Positions 13,718-24,765 of a stretch of DNA of 64,000 nucleotides are shown here, piece after piece. Source of the DNA: Okamejei kenojei. Taxonomy: Eukaryota. The notes under the pieces are model-generated. The model was not told the DNA's origin and made no database searches. It was given only the letters and a program-made list of their open reading frames with translations. The stretch is taken from the NCBI GenBank assembly GCA_035221665.1, contig CM069174.1, forward strand, positions 8,122,001 to 8,186,000, read 5' to 3'. Each line of letters opens with the position of its first letter. Position 1 is the stretch's first letter. The position numbers were made by a program, and so were the translations under genes.

Positions 13718-14377
13718 CCATTTAATAGAATACTTGGCAGGAAATTGAACCATATTAGTTTGAGTTTTCTCGTTTTTATTCTCTTGCACATTACTTGTTT
13801 CATTCCAATTCATCTACAATTAATTTCAACTGAGGAAAGCCCACATTTTTTTGTTGTCTCGTCTTTTTCCTTATGTTGTTCTGCAACACTGAGTTTAAAT
13901 GTCCTACCTAGAGGTTTGTAGGCTGTCTCTCCTTCGATTGTATGCACAATTAAAGATACGACTAGTGTGTGAGTGCTACCTACGGCTATATTTGTATAGA
14001 ATACTAGTTTGGGAAGAACTAGCACTGGTTAATGCAGAGACTTGGAAAATCTTTGTCGGGTTGCCAAGTTTTCCTGTTCTATTTCTTTGTCTCTCTTCTT
14101 CATTTACTTGCTCGTTTGTTCACTTGCTCTAGTCTGTCCCTGACAGTTGTTCTGTGTCCCTAAGCACTTAGTTCATTCTGTTTGAAAGTTCCCTTATCTG
14201 CTAAAATGTGAAAGAGGAGAGCGAGAGAACCTTTGGCGATAGTGAAAGAGATCCTGAATTTAAAGGACTTGAACGATATTGAGATGATGTGAAATAAAGA
14301 ACTTGTGTTTGGTCTTAACAATGCGGGTTGCTTTAGCTAGGATAGTTGGTTGCCAAAATACATTATTTTCATGAAAT

Positions 14378-14547
14378 CTTCTTATCGAGTCCACACACAA
14401 GATTGGAAGTTAGAAGTTGTTCAGCCAGAGCGGAACACACTTCTCGGCATCTGCACATAATGGTGTCTGTCTTGTCGCTTCTTGTGCTCGGTGGTGGAAA
14501 GATTGGTGGAAACGGGGCCGTGATGTGAATGCTCTTTCCTTGACCCC
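14378..14547 (-). mobile_element. Short (GAA)-tailed retroposon with decayed HDV-like ribozyme head (element B)
   Basis: Minus strand starts GGGGTC and ends ...ggactcgataagaag; imperfect TSD with shared core atgaaat (14371-14377 and 14553-14559). Confidence 0.75.
14496..14547 (-). ncRNA. Degenerate HDV/CPEB3-like ribozyme
   Basis: P1 GGGGUC/GGCCCC, P2 GGAAAGA/UCUUUCC, P3-L3 GCA-UUCACAU-CAC (three CpG transitions from GCG-UUCACGU-CGC), J4/2 C-CAA. Confidence 0.72.
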
Positions 14548-14899
14548 ATTCTATGAAATGGGAGTATCATTAAAAGAGTCCCATACTCTCTGGGCCACTT
14601 GCTAGCACCCCATTGTAAATGAGGAGCAACCTTACTAGCTATTTGCCCTTTCTTCCCCTGCATGTTCATTATTCTGGGATTTAGGTTATGCATCTGAGAC
14701 ACTGCAGATTCCAAGCATCTCAGTATGCTTGCCATTTGTATGACTATATACAGCTGTCCCTGTTGCAGCCACCAAGTCCTTTTTTGCACAGATGTTCCAG
14801 TTCTCGGTGGATTCTCTCATGTGGCTGTTAGCATCCTAAATATTTAAACACCCCAGTTCCATGTCCTTGCATGCATGCTACCCAAAGATAACTGAAATA

Positions 14900-15295
14900 A
14901 GTATTCCTTGGTCCGCATTAACCAACCCAACCTCCCGATGGCTCAGCACTTCAACTCCCCCACCCATTCCGTATCCGACCTCTGTCCTGGGCCTCCTCCA
15001 CGGCCAGAGTGAGCAACACCACAAATTGGAGGAACTGCACCTCATATTCCGCTTGGGGAGTCTGCATCCTCTTGGAATGAACATCAAATTCTCTCAATTC
15101 TGTTAACCCTTGCTGTCCCCTCCCCTTCCTACCTCTTCCTCAGCCCTCGGGCTCCTCCTTTTTTACTTTCTTCCCCCCCCGCCTACCCCCACCCCCCATC
15201 AGTCTGAAGAAGGATTTCGGCCCAAAACGTTGCCTATCTCCTTCGCTCCATAGATGCTGCTGCACCCACTGAGTTTCTCCAGCATTTTGTGTACC
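14900..15295 (+). mobile_element. Penelope-like retroelement 3' fragment (GIY-YIG C-terminus plus terminal repeat)
   Basis: Translation LGLLHGQSEQHHKLEELHLIFRLGSLHPLGMNIKFS is typical of the end of Penelope GIY-YIG ORFs; followed by the ctgaagaagg...aaacgt repeat. Confidence 0.8.
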
Positions 15296-15840
15296 CTAAT
15301 AGATATTTCTGGAAGTTTGACATGCCCAAAATATTTCCTGAGTACACTCCTCTCTCTGGCTATTTCCTTACCTGATTGTAATATATGAGCATTGGAGGAG
15401 CAACATTAAGGATGTGCTGGCCGTAAGAGAAAACAAAGTGACAAGTCATTATGATACTGAGTTATTAAGTGCTTGGTAAGCATGGGTAACATGCTTTGGA
15501 GAAGAAGGGTTGATAGGATGATTTGATTGACTTGAAAATAATGGAGAATTGTGTATAAATTGGGAAGAATTCCTGGTAGTATGGAAATCTGAAACAAAGT
15601 GACAATTTGGACACAGTGAAAATGTGAAATGTTAATTGAAGAAGACAGTCATGGACAATCGTGGCTAAGGAAAGTTACTATTATGTTTGAATTCACAGTA
15701 GCTATTATTAGCTAAAGCAATAGGTGATGTAAACTGCATACAAGGCAAGACATTTGTTAGGCTACTTCCACTTATTTTCTCTGTGTACCTTGTGCATCTT
15801 TGACCTAAGTAGGGATTCTATTTTCTGTTATGTTCCTTAG

Positions 15841-15952
15841 GAGGGGCAGTGGCTGTTGGACAACTTGCTCATGGTGGTTCTCTGGCGCAGGCTTCATGTG
15901 CAACAGGGGAGTCTTTTCCCAATGTCTGTCGGTCACCATTTCTTGAAAGCAG
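15841..15952 (+). CDS. KMT2D: KMT2D coding exon (...GESFPNVCRSPFLES)
   Basis: ccttag acceptor, AG|gtaatt donor; resembles human DSYPGLCQSPFLDSR; phase 1 to 2. Confidence 0.9.
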
Positions 15953-17575
15953 GTAATTTTTGTCATGATTTTATTTTTGGTCTCCTTACGAATAATGCTA
16001 GTGATTATTAACAGATTTCAAGCTGTTATGAAAGCTCAATTTTGCTTCTCCGACCATAGTCCCAACATGTGCTGCAGAAGGAGCCTGGGGGAAAAGCAAG
16101 CAAAGCAGCTTGCAAATTGAACATTGTGTAATGTCATATGTTCATCGCGTCTTCTCAAGGTTTTTCCCAGCCAGCTGGATCTGTAGAGTACATACTTGCA
16201 ATGAAGAAACGGTGCAAATATAGGGAGCCCGTTATGAAGAATGTGCAGGAGTACTCCCGAAATTAACCACTAGAAGGTTGCCCTGTCACCTCAGCATGGT
16301 GATCATTTCCTGCTGTGTCACTCGCTCAAAAAACCCTACTGACACCATTGGCTAAAAAGCTTAATTGAAGTTAAGCAGTGAAAATACCAATAATCAATCA
16401 TCAGATTTCAGAAATGATGCAAGCTCCCTGGCTTAGAATCTGTCGTGAGTGCCCCAAACAAACTGTTCATCTCAGCTCCTTCCTCTAAACTGTTAATTCT
16501 AACATTTGCTGAGTTTGTTAAGAATAAGGAGTAAGCCTTAAGATTAAGGAGTAAGCCATTTAGAACGGAGACGAGGAAGCACTTTTTCTCACAGAGAGTG
16601 GTGAGTCTGTGGAATTCTCAGAGATGCCAACTGGTACGGATTTCCCGTAATTTCTACGGAAAATTGGCCAATTACGGGTGGTACGATTTTCATATCGTAA
16701 ATCCCGGATTTTGCCGATTTTAAGTTAGCACATACTTGTTGTGTGTGTTTGGGAGTGTGTGAGTGAGTGTGTGTGTGTGTGAGTGCCAGTGATGGAAATG
16801 GGGGGGGGTACGCAGAGGGACGACGTTCTCCTACGTTCCAGTTTCCATCCTGTGCATGAATTCCCAGCTTTATCCTGCGCTACTTAATCCAAGGACGAGC
16901 GAACAATCGGACAGACGGGCGAAAGGAACGATCATAGATGACATTTCGGATTGAGACCCTTCTTCAGACCGTCAGGGGAAAGAGGAACAATAGATATAGA
17001 TGGCACTAAGGACAAACGAATGGAAGATATGCCTCCCGTTTCCCTTTCCCTTGATTGTCAGTCTGAAGAAGGGTCTCTGCCCAAAATGTCACCTATTGCG
17101 CTCTACGATGGTTGCTTTCGTCCGTCTGTCCATGCATTCACTCACTCTTGGTGCCGGCGCTTCTCCGCTCAGACTCCGACACACACACACACGGTCGAGA
17201 TCCTTCTGTAGATAATCACAAGTACTCTCACTGACGAGAGTTCAGTTCAGTCTGAAAAAGAGTCTTCTCTCCAGTCGCTGCCTGTCCCGTTGAGTTACTC
17301 CAGCTGTATGTCTAACTTAAATTTCAAGAGTTAAATAAAAAAACACAGAGTGCTGGAGGAACTCAGCGGGCTTCGCGGCATCTGTGGAGGGAATGGATTA
17401 CGAGTTGTTTCGGGCCAGGGTTCTTGTTCAATAGGAAGGAACTGCAGATCAAAGATACTAGAGCGGATACTAGTATCTTTGCTGCAGATCAGGCATGATA
17501 TTCTTCCGATTTAAATCGTAATTTCGATTTTATTGTTTTCCTATTTTTATTTTTTCGCGCCCGATTATTTGGTGG

Positions 17576-17769
17576 CCAATCAACGACTGTCTCTAAGGGG
17601 GTTGCGTCCAATCACCGACCAGCTACCCTTAAAATTCCCGTCCAATCAATAAATCGGTCTCCTCCCGCCCAATCAGCCGCCGTCTCCAAGGGCATTGTGT
17701 CCAATCACATAATGCGCTGGTCACTTGGCAGCCAATCAGACAGTCTCCTAGGGGCCTTTTGATCAATCA
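17576..17769 (+). promoter_or_regulatory. Array of CCAAT (NF-Y type) boxes inside the DNA element
   Basis: CCAATCA at 17576, 17608, 17642, 17669, 17701 and 17732, plus TCAATCA at 17763. Confidence 0.6.
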
Positions 17770-17899
17770 CCGACCTGCTTCCCTCACTAAAGCAGACGAT
17801 GGCTGCAGCCAACACACACACACAGACAGAGACCCCCCCCCCCCCCTCCTTCCCAACCTCAGCTTCACGGACCCAGAGTACCCTTAGTTCCTAAACCCA

Positions 17900-18029
17900 N
17901 NNNNNNNNNNNNNNNNNNNNNNNNNNNNNNNNNNNNNNNNNNNNNNNNNNNNNNNNNNNNNNNNNNNNNNNNNNNNNNNNNNNNNNNNNNNNNNNNNNNN
18001 NNNNNNNNNNNNNNNNNNNNNNNNNNNNN
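17900..18029. other. Assembly gap (N run)
   Basis: Run of N. Confidence 1.
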
Positions 18030-18721
18030 ATTGATAATGAACTCGTTCATCCAGTCTTTCAATAGAGCATTTTCAATGGTGAGTTAATACATGTTTATGT
18101 AATACCAACTAATGAACATACAGGTATGTTAATGTTAACATTATGCGCTATCGCTTGCCTGTGGGAGCCGCGCTTGCCATCATGCAGAAAAAAAATTGCT
18201 TCGCGCAGAAAATTACTGATTTTGTCTCCAAATTACTGATTTTTAGCCTTATGATTACTGATTTGTGCTCTGGAAGGTTGGCATCTCTGAATTCTCTGCT
18301 TCAGAGGGCGGTGGAGGCAGGTTCTCTGGATGCTTTCAAGAGAGAGCTAGATAAGGCTCTTAAAAATAGCAGAGTCAGTGGATATGGGGAGAAGGCAGGA
18401 ACGGGGTACTGATTGGGGATGATCAGCCATGATCACATTGAATGGCGGTGCTGGCTCCTGCACCTATTATCTATTTTCTATTCATAACAGTGCCAGGTGA
18501 ATGGGAAGATGTGAATCATGACTGAATATTGAAACAGCAGTGACCGTTTGTGCATCAGTGGCAGCTACTGAATCCCAAATACAACATGGTATTCTTCAAT
18601 CGTGTAACACCTGTCATTCCTACGCTTATGTTCCCCTGGTCAAATAGGTTTATTTTGGACAGATTGTAAAGTACAAAACGCATTGAGGATGCATAAAATA
18701 ACATCTTTGATTGATGTGCAG

Positions 18722-18972
18722 GGAAAGGAGCATTCCTTTCAGCCCAGACAGTGGAGAGCAACAGAGCCCGTGGACAACTCCTGCTACCCCAGCTACCCCA
18801 ACCACTCCGACCACACCCACCACTCCCACCGAGGGAGAAGGCGATGGACTTTCGTATAACCAGCGAAGTATATTGAGATGGGAAAAAGATGAGGCTTTGG
18901 GAGAATTATCAACCATATCACCCGTTCTCTACGCAAATATCAATTTCCCTAACTTGAGACAGGATTACCCAG
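18722..18972 (+). CDS. KMT2D: KMT2D coding exon, start of HMG box region
   Basis: TPTTPTEGEGDGLSYNQRSILRWEKDEALGELSTISPVLYANINFPNLRQDYP is close to human KMT2D; canonical splice sites. Confidence 0.97.
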
Positions 18973-19323
18973 GTATGCTATCTCTAATTTCTATTTTCTA
19001 AGATTAGTTGAAAGAAAAACTGTTAACATTTTAGGTTGAAAAATGTTTAATCGGATGTTCTGACGAACTGTCTACAACTACAAACGCTATGGCTGTTTCT
19101 CTTTCCACAGATGCTGGGGAGTGTTTGCAACATATTCTGTCTGTTTATTTCAGATTTCCAGCATGTGAACTTTTATGTGTAATTAGTTAATTAACAAGAT
19201 TCTCACTGTAGATTTATTTGTGGAATAGATTATGAAAATATTTAAATCTTATCACTTTAATTGCTGGTAATCTTAAATAGATAGAAGGTCATTGATTATT
19301 TTTTCCTGTGATAATTTCTTCAG

Positions 19324-19397
19324 ATTGGGCAAGTCGTTGTAAACAGATTACTAAGATTTGGAGGAAGGTACCGGCAGTTGATAAAGCACCATTTCTG
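19324..19397 (+). CDS. KMT2D: KMT2D coding exon, HMG box (DWASRCKQITKIWRKVPAVDKAPFL)
   Basis: cttcag acceptor, gtaagt donor, strong homology. Confidence 0.97.
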
Positions 19398-20529
19398 GTA
19401 AGTGCTCATCTCCTCCTGGCACACTATCTTGAGATCTCATCAAAACATTTTTGGTACAAATGTAAAGAGAAAGAGAAAAAAAAAATTCTGGTTGTATTTC
19501 TCTCCAGAGTCATTGAGCAAAGCAATGAGAAGAGGTTTATGTTTTTTCCCTTAAGTCGTTTTGTGGTTTCATCCTGAGGTGTCGGTGATTTTGGCTCTAG
19601 AGGGTGATTTTATGTTCATTTGCACACTTGCTAAAATGCATTTCGATATGGTGCTATACGTGATTGCCCACATTCAATTCTGGAATAAATTCGATTAATG
19701 GTTTGACAAATATGTTTATCCAGTACGAATTTATGTTACGCCATATTTACAAATGCTGGAGTCACACTACGATAAATGGCAAAAGGCACACTTTATTCAG
19801 ATTCTTAATCACATAGACAAGGTACGTCTACTCTCACCTTGCACAATAACACTACCTGTCAAGACAAACGGTGATTAGTCTCAGTCAGACTTGTGGCTTC
19901 CCTTTGAATGGAAGAATTTCCCCTAAAGTGTTGAGAGGGTCTTTTTGTGGTCACTTTTTTTCCTGCTTTTCCAGTGTTCAGTCAGGAGTCGAAGCAAGAC
20001 CTGTCTCCAATCTATTCCTTCTCTTCAATGAGACTATGCCAACTACTCCCTACACTTGTATTCTATGCCCCGATGTGGTACTATATTATACAACATTTGT
20101 TTTGGCACAGCTGGATTATTGTGCACTGGCACTAAAAACTGCTTTGGTAAAATAAAGTAATTGTTTTTTTTTGTTTTTTTTTAATTGTTTCATTGATGGA
20201 GATGTAGTTTAAAATATGTTATAGGGATTAGATGTGCTGATACGTTGCATATCCAGTTAGTGTTTTTTTTTTAATTTGGAAAAGCTTGAAAAGGTGATTG
20301 GTGTCCTTGATTTTAGTGGGCAATGACCATGCGTGGTTGGATTGGAAATTGAGTTATGACCATGCGTGGTTTTTGAGACCAATTGTCATCGGCATGTTCA
20401 TTGTACAGATAAAAATCTCTGCTGACTTGAACTGCAAAGCATCTTTTTTTGCACAGATTTCGTTGATAAATATTCCTTTGATCCTCAAAATATTATTTTG
20501 TTTAATTCACAATCTATCTTGCTTTTCAG

Positions 20530-20580
20530 CAAAAGGCCAAAGACAACAGGGCAGCTCAGCGCATCAACAAAGCACAAAAG
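20530..20580 (+). CDS. KMT2D: KMT2D coding exon (QKAKDNRAAQRINKAQK)
   Basis: 51-nt exon, tttcag acceptor, gtaaat donor, strong homology. Confidence 0.96.
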
Positions 20581-20755
20581 GTAAATGAACTTGATGTTAT
20601 TGAAGATATCCAGCTTATAATCGTGCTTTTTGTTCATTTACTGAAAATTATTTTCTTATTCGGCAGCCTGTGATGCCCTGATGTGTGCTTTGTCTGTTTT
20701 CCACCTTGGTCCACCTCGATTAACATGAAATACAATCGGTTCTTTATTTTTGCAG

Positions 20756-22688
20756 CAGGTTGACATGCAAGGTAACAAGCAGCCGAAAATTGAGAGACAA
20801 GATTCAAAGCAGGATCGTAAACCACCCCGTCATCCGCATGGCCTGACTCAGAGTCCTACAGTCACCAGTCTCACTCCAGCAACATTAGTTGTGGGGAATT
20901 CTGGTTCCCCAGCAGAAATGAGGATTGAAGGTTTAGGCCAGAATGCTTCATTACATGGTAATAAATCATTTTGCTACCTCGACTAATGAATTTGTCAAAA
21001 TGCAGACAACCAGCCCATCCCCAAAGGACTCCAGCAGTGACTTGTTCCCGAATTTGCATTTGCAGTCTCCGACTGGGGTTGTAGCCCAAGATCCTTTTGG
21101 GCATTCACTATCATCGTATCCTCAGGAACCAAATGTTCAGTCTTCCAGTAATCCAAGTCAAGCATCGGCATGGAATAGTTCTCATCACCAGTCAAGTGTA
21201 CCGCGCCCTGTTGTTCCAGGCCGACCGCAGTTACTTGCCTCTTCAGAGCTACACTCTGCCATGCCAGGGATGTCTCATCATCAGCATCCTCTCGCCCCAG
21301 ACTCATTCCTCCGATCTAGAATGCTTGGTGAATCACATGATACCCACACAATTGATCAGCCTTTAGGAAGTCCAGGGTTTCGATCATCACAGTCGACAGA
21401 CTGCTACACAAAGCCACTTGAAGCATTAACGCTGGCATCACCAACTAGTGACCAGTTAAGGCGACTTACAGATACAGAAATTGGAGCACAGCATCCAAGA
21501 AATGAACAGTTTGCCGGAGTTATGAGACAAGATTTAAGTACAAATTCCTTGGCATCCCTTTACAGAGCGGCAATGTTGGATCCAAATATGAATGTACGGT
21601 CACTTTCGGATGGGAGAGATAGAGATATCTTCAAAGCACCTTTAACTCCCAGATCATCGTATGTGGACCAAACACCTACAGTACCTACTCAACGTTCTCA
21701 GGAACTACACCCTCAATCTCAGGGTGTCTCGCCACAGAGCCAGACCGATTTGTACCGCCAGTCCCCTTCCACCCCATTTTCTGATCCATATCATCAATCT
21801 TCATTGCCACCAAGACCATCATCCAGTGAGAGTTGCTCTCCATTACCTCCTAAATCACTTCCAACTGATTCTCTCTCCAGGGTACCAATGAGTCCGCAGT
21901 CTCAATGCAGTTCACCTTTGACACCCAGGCCGCATTCCAATGAGGCATTTCCCCAATCTCCCATTGCTTCCAGATTCCAATCACCAGATCCTTACTCAAG
22001 GCCACCTTCAAGAGATCCTTATGCTCAGCTTCACAAACCGCAGAGATCCCAAATGGTTGACACTGGATTTAAATCCTCACCAGTGCCAAGTAGTACCATT
22101 CAGCATTCAGCAATGTTTTCTCAGCACAGTGACCCACATCCAAAAGCAGCTTATGTAATGCAGCCCCAGTCTCCAAGGCCTCACACTTTTGAGCCATGTG
22201 CAAAGACATTCGCCAGCGGTCAACCACAAAATCAATTTCCTTTCACTTCTTCACCCGGCGATATGCTTAAAGAATCCCATTCTCAGCAGTCAGTATCCCA
22301 AATGCCTCGAACAAATAATTTTCCACCAAGTCATCTAATGGGAAATCAGCTCAATGTAACTGATGCTCATTGCTCTCAACTCAATGCCAGTAATCAGTCT
22401 GGACCTCAAGATGCAGCATCTGTTGCAAGAGATGAAGCTTTCACCAACATGCCTTTAAGGCCATCCTTGATCAAGCAAGATACGTTACCTTTGCAGCAAG
22501 ATTGCCCATACCAGACTTCTTCTAACAGTCGAGCAGTGAGTAATTCATCTCCATCCGAGAGAAGCAGCGAGAGTTCCGCACAGGTCCACACTCCAGCATC
22601 TCCCAGCAGAGATTTGCATGATCTTCCATTCAACCGGGGAGCACAAACAGGAAATCTGACTCAGACGGAGCTTGAGAAACAAAGACAG
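20756..22688 (+). CDS. KMT2D: KMT2D large P/S-rich exon with an apparent +1 frameshift near 20937-20983
   Basis: ORF 20750-20986 and ORF 20943-22721 match consecutive parts of human KMT2D (IFKAPLTPR, RFQSPDPYSRPPSR, LTQTELEKQRQ); tgcag acceptor, CAG|gtaatg donor. Confidence 0.9.
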
Positions 22689-22884
22689 GTAATGATATGT
22701 AGCATTGGAGTACGCTTGTGAGTGCATGTACTTAACTACCATGTTACTGATGTTTTAACTGACGTTATCCCAGTAGACTACTAGGAATTGTGAAATTTTA
22801 AGTATTAAAAGACCAGTTAAAGGTGTCAGTATGGCATACTGGGTGGCATATGCATTCCCAGTAGGAGAGAGTTGCTACACCATC

Positions 22885-23185
22885 TGAGTTTAGTTTAGAG
22901 GTACAGCATGGAAACAGGCCCTTTGGCCCACCGAGTCCACACTGCCATTGATCACCCCGTTCACCCTAGTTCTGTGTCATCCCACTTTCTCATCAGCCCC
23001 CTATACATTGGGGGCAATTCACAGCGGCCAATTGACGTACAAAACCACAAGTCTTTGGGATGTGGGAGGAAACCCATGTGGTCACAAGGAGAACATACAA
23101 ACTCCACACAGATAGCACCCAAGGTCAGGATTAAGCCTGACTGGCGCTGTGAGGCAGCAGCTCTACCAGCTGCTCCACTGTGCTG
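22885..23185 (-). mobile_element. HE1-like V-SINE inserted beside or into an older SINE
   Basis: Reverse complement of the 2347-2626 element type. Confidence 0.78.
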
Positions 23186-23520
23186 AGCGGATGTATTTGA
23201 AATGAAACATTTAAATTGAGATTTTGCCTGCTCCGTCTGGTTGATTTAAAAGTCCCATGGCACTATTTTGAACCAGAACAGGCAGGTTTTCAGTGTTCTG
23301 GACAATAATTGTCTGCTGGACAATAATGACCTGTAACCAGTAAAACACATGATCTGGTCATTATTACATTGCTTTTGGTGGAAACATGTTGTGCAAAAGA
23401 TTGCCACCTCATTTCCTACAATAGAGTGGGGACTGCACTTGTTAAGAAGACCTTAATTAGCTACAAAGTGTTTTTCATGGTCCCGGGGTTGCAAAAGGCA
23501 TCACATAAATGTTTCTTCAC
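23186..23520 (+). mobile_element. Old DeuSINE (SacSINE1-like) relic
   Basis: Deu-domain-like motifs taaaagtcccatggcactatt and gatctggtcattattacattgct; related relics at ~28625-28850 and ~61955-62310. Confidence 0.6.
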
Positions 23521-23807
23521 CCCCTCACCCAACGATAGAAAAATTGTGCTACTTGATGTAGTTCTGTGAGTGGTGTTGGATCCTGGTTTGTAAAACCTTC
23601 AATATACCATGAAGTAATGTGTGGACTGAGGACATTCAGCCAGCTGATAGGGGGCATTGGCAAAGTTAGATCTGACTTCTGTAACCTTGAGCTGATAAAC
23701 AAATACTGTTATCGTTGCATTGTCAACCCGTGGCAATGGAACTGTTTGCTATTCAGATGTGAAAGAAGAAAACTTTGTTGAAATTAAAATACTTTGCGTT
23801 TCTTCAG

Positions 23808-23987
23808 CGCCAGAGGTTACGTCAGCTTTTGATACGTCAGCAAATTCAACGGAATAACTTGCGACAGGAGAAAGAACAGGCTGCTGCATGTGGTAGCAGC
23901 ACTGCTACAACAAATTGGTCACAAGAAAATTCCAGCCAGCCTCATGAGCTGCAAACAAGAGCACCACCTCCATACCCCCTCTCTCAG
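23808..23987 (+). CDS. KMT2D: KMT2D coding exon (RQRLRQLLIRQQIQRNNLRQEKE..., LxxLL motif)
   Basis: cttcag acceptor, CAG|gtactg donor, strong homology. Confidence 0.96.
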
Positions 23988-24607
23988 GTACTGGATATCT
24001 GATACTTTAAACATCTTTTCAAATAAAGGTTTTCTTCTGTAGATCTCCATCAGCTGATATCTAATTTGGCTTGTATCCTCATCTGGAAAGGTTGAAGCTT
24101 TCACTTGTAGAATTGTTTAGTGCAAAATCTTTTGTCCCTATGTCTATGTCCCTTTATTTGTTCATCTAGCTGTGCCTCGTGTATTTGCTCCCTGGAATTA
24201 TTAAATGAACTATGCTTAGAGTTTGAACACTTGGAGTCAGTGGAATTCTCTGCCTCAGAGGCCGGTTCTCTGGATACTTTCAAGAGAGAGCTAGATGGGG
24301 CTCTTAAAAATAGCGGAGTCAGGGGATATGGGGAGAAGGCAGGAACTGATTGGGGATGATCAGCCACGATCACATTGAATGGCGGTGCTGGCTCGAAGGG
24401 CCAAATGGCCTACTCGTGCACGTATTGTCTATTGTCTATCTCTTGTATTAAAATTACCTAACGGATCAAGCTTGAAGATAGTTTGTAAGAAAACGTGGAA
24501 AGAATGAGTTCAATATTTCAGTGCCAAATTATGTTGTCGCAAATACGTCACAAGCACTTTGTGTTGAGGTTTGCAGTTTAAGGGCTAAAAGTTATTTTGT
24601 TTTGCAG

Positions 24608-24765
24608 GATCGGTCTGGTCTGCGAGGTCTGATCCCTGGCTCTGGAAACGGCAGGTTAATGAATCCAGTGGTAATAGAGAAACAGCATTTATTTCCGCAG
24701 GAGGAAAGTCTCTGTCGGCCTCAACAACCAGGCATTTCCCCTGTTGGTGAAGTGAACACTCCCAG
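24608..24765 (+). CDS. KMT2D: KMT2D coding exon (DRSGLRGL...EVNTPR)
   Basis: ttgcag acceptor, AG|gtatgt donor; phase 0 to 2 fits its neighbours. Confidence 0.9.

Larger units (their letters stand above)
16619..18289. mobile_element. Non-autonomous DNA transposon, 13-bp TIR CAGAGATGCCAAC, 6-bp TSD
   Basis: Perfect TIRs at 16619-16631 and 18277-18289; TSD aattct at 16613-16618 and 18290-18295; subterminal repeats (tacgg, attactgattt x3). Contains Penelope fragments and an N gap. Confidence 0.88.
16535..18480 (+). mobile_element. CR1-like LINE 3' end, split by a nested DNA element
   Basis: 16535-16618 and 18290-18480 rejoin to gtctgtggaattctctgcttcagagggcgg, matching the uninterrupted copy at ~24240-24440. 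Confidence 0.8.

Noticed and set aside
20931-21005. 75-nt GT-AG intron as an explanation for the frameshift
   Set aside because: Its length is a multiple of 3, so the frame is not restored, and it would remove homologous residues.
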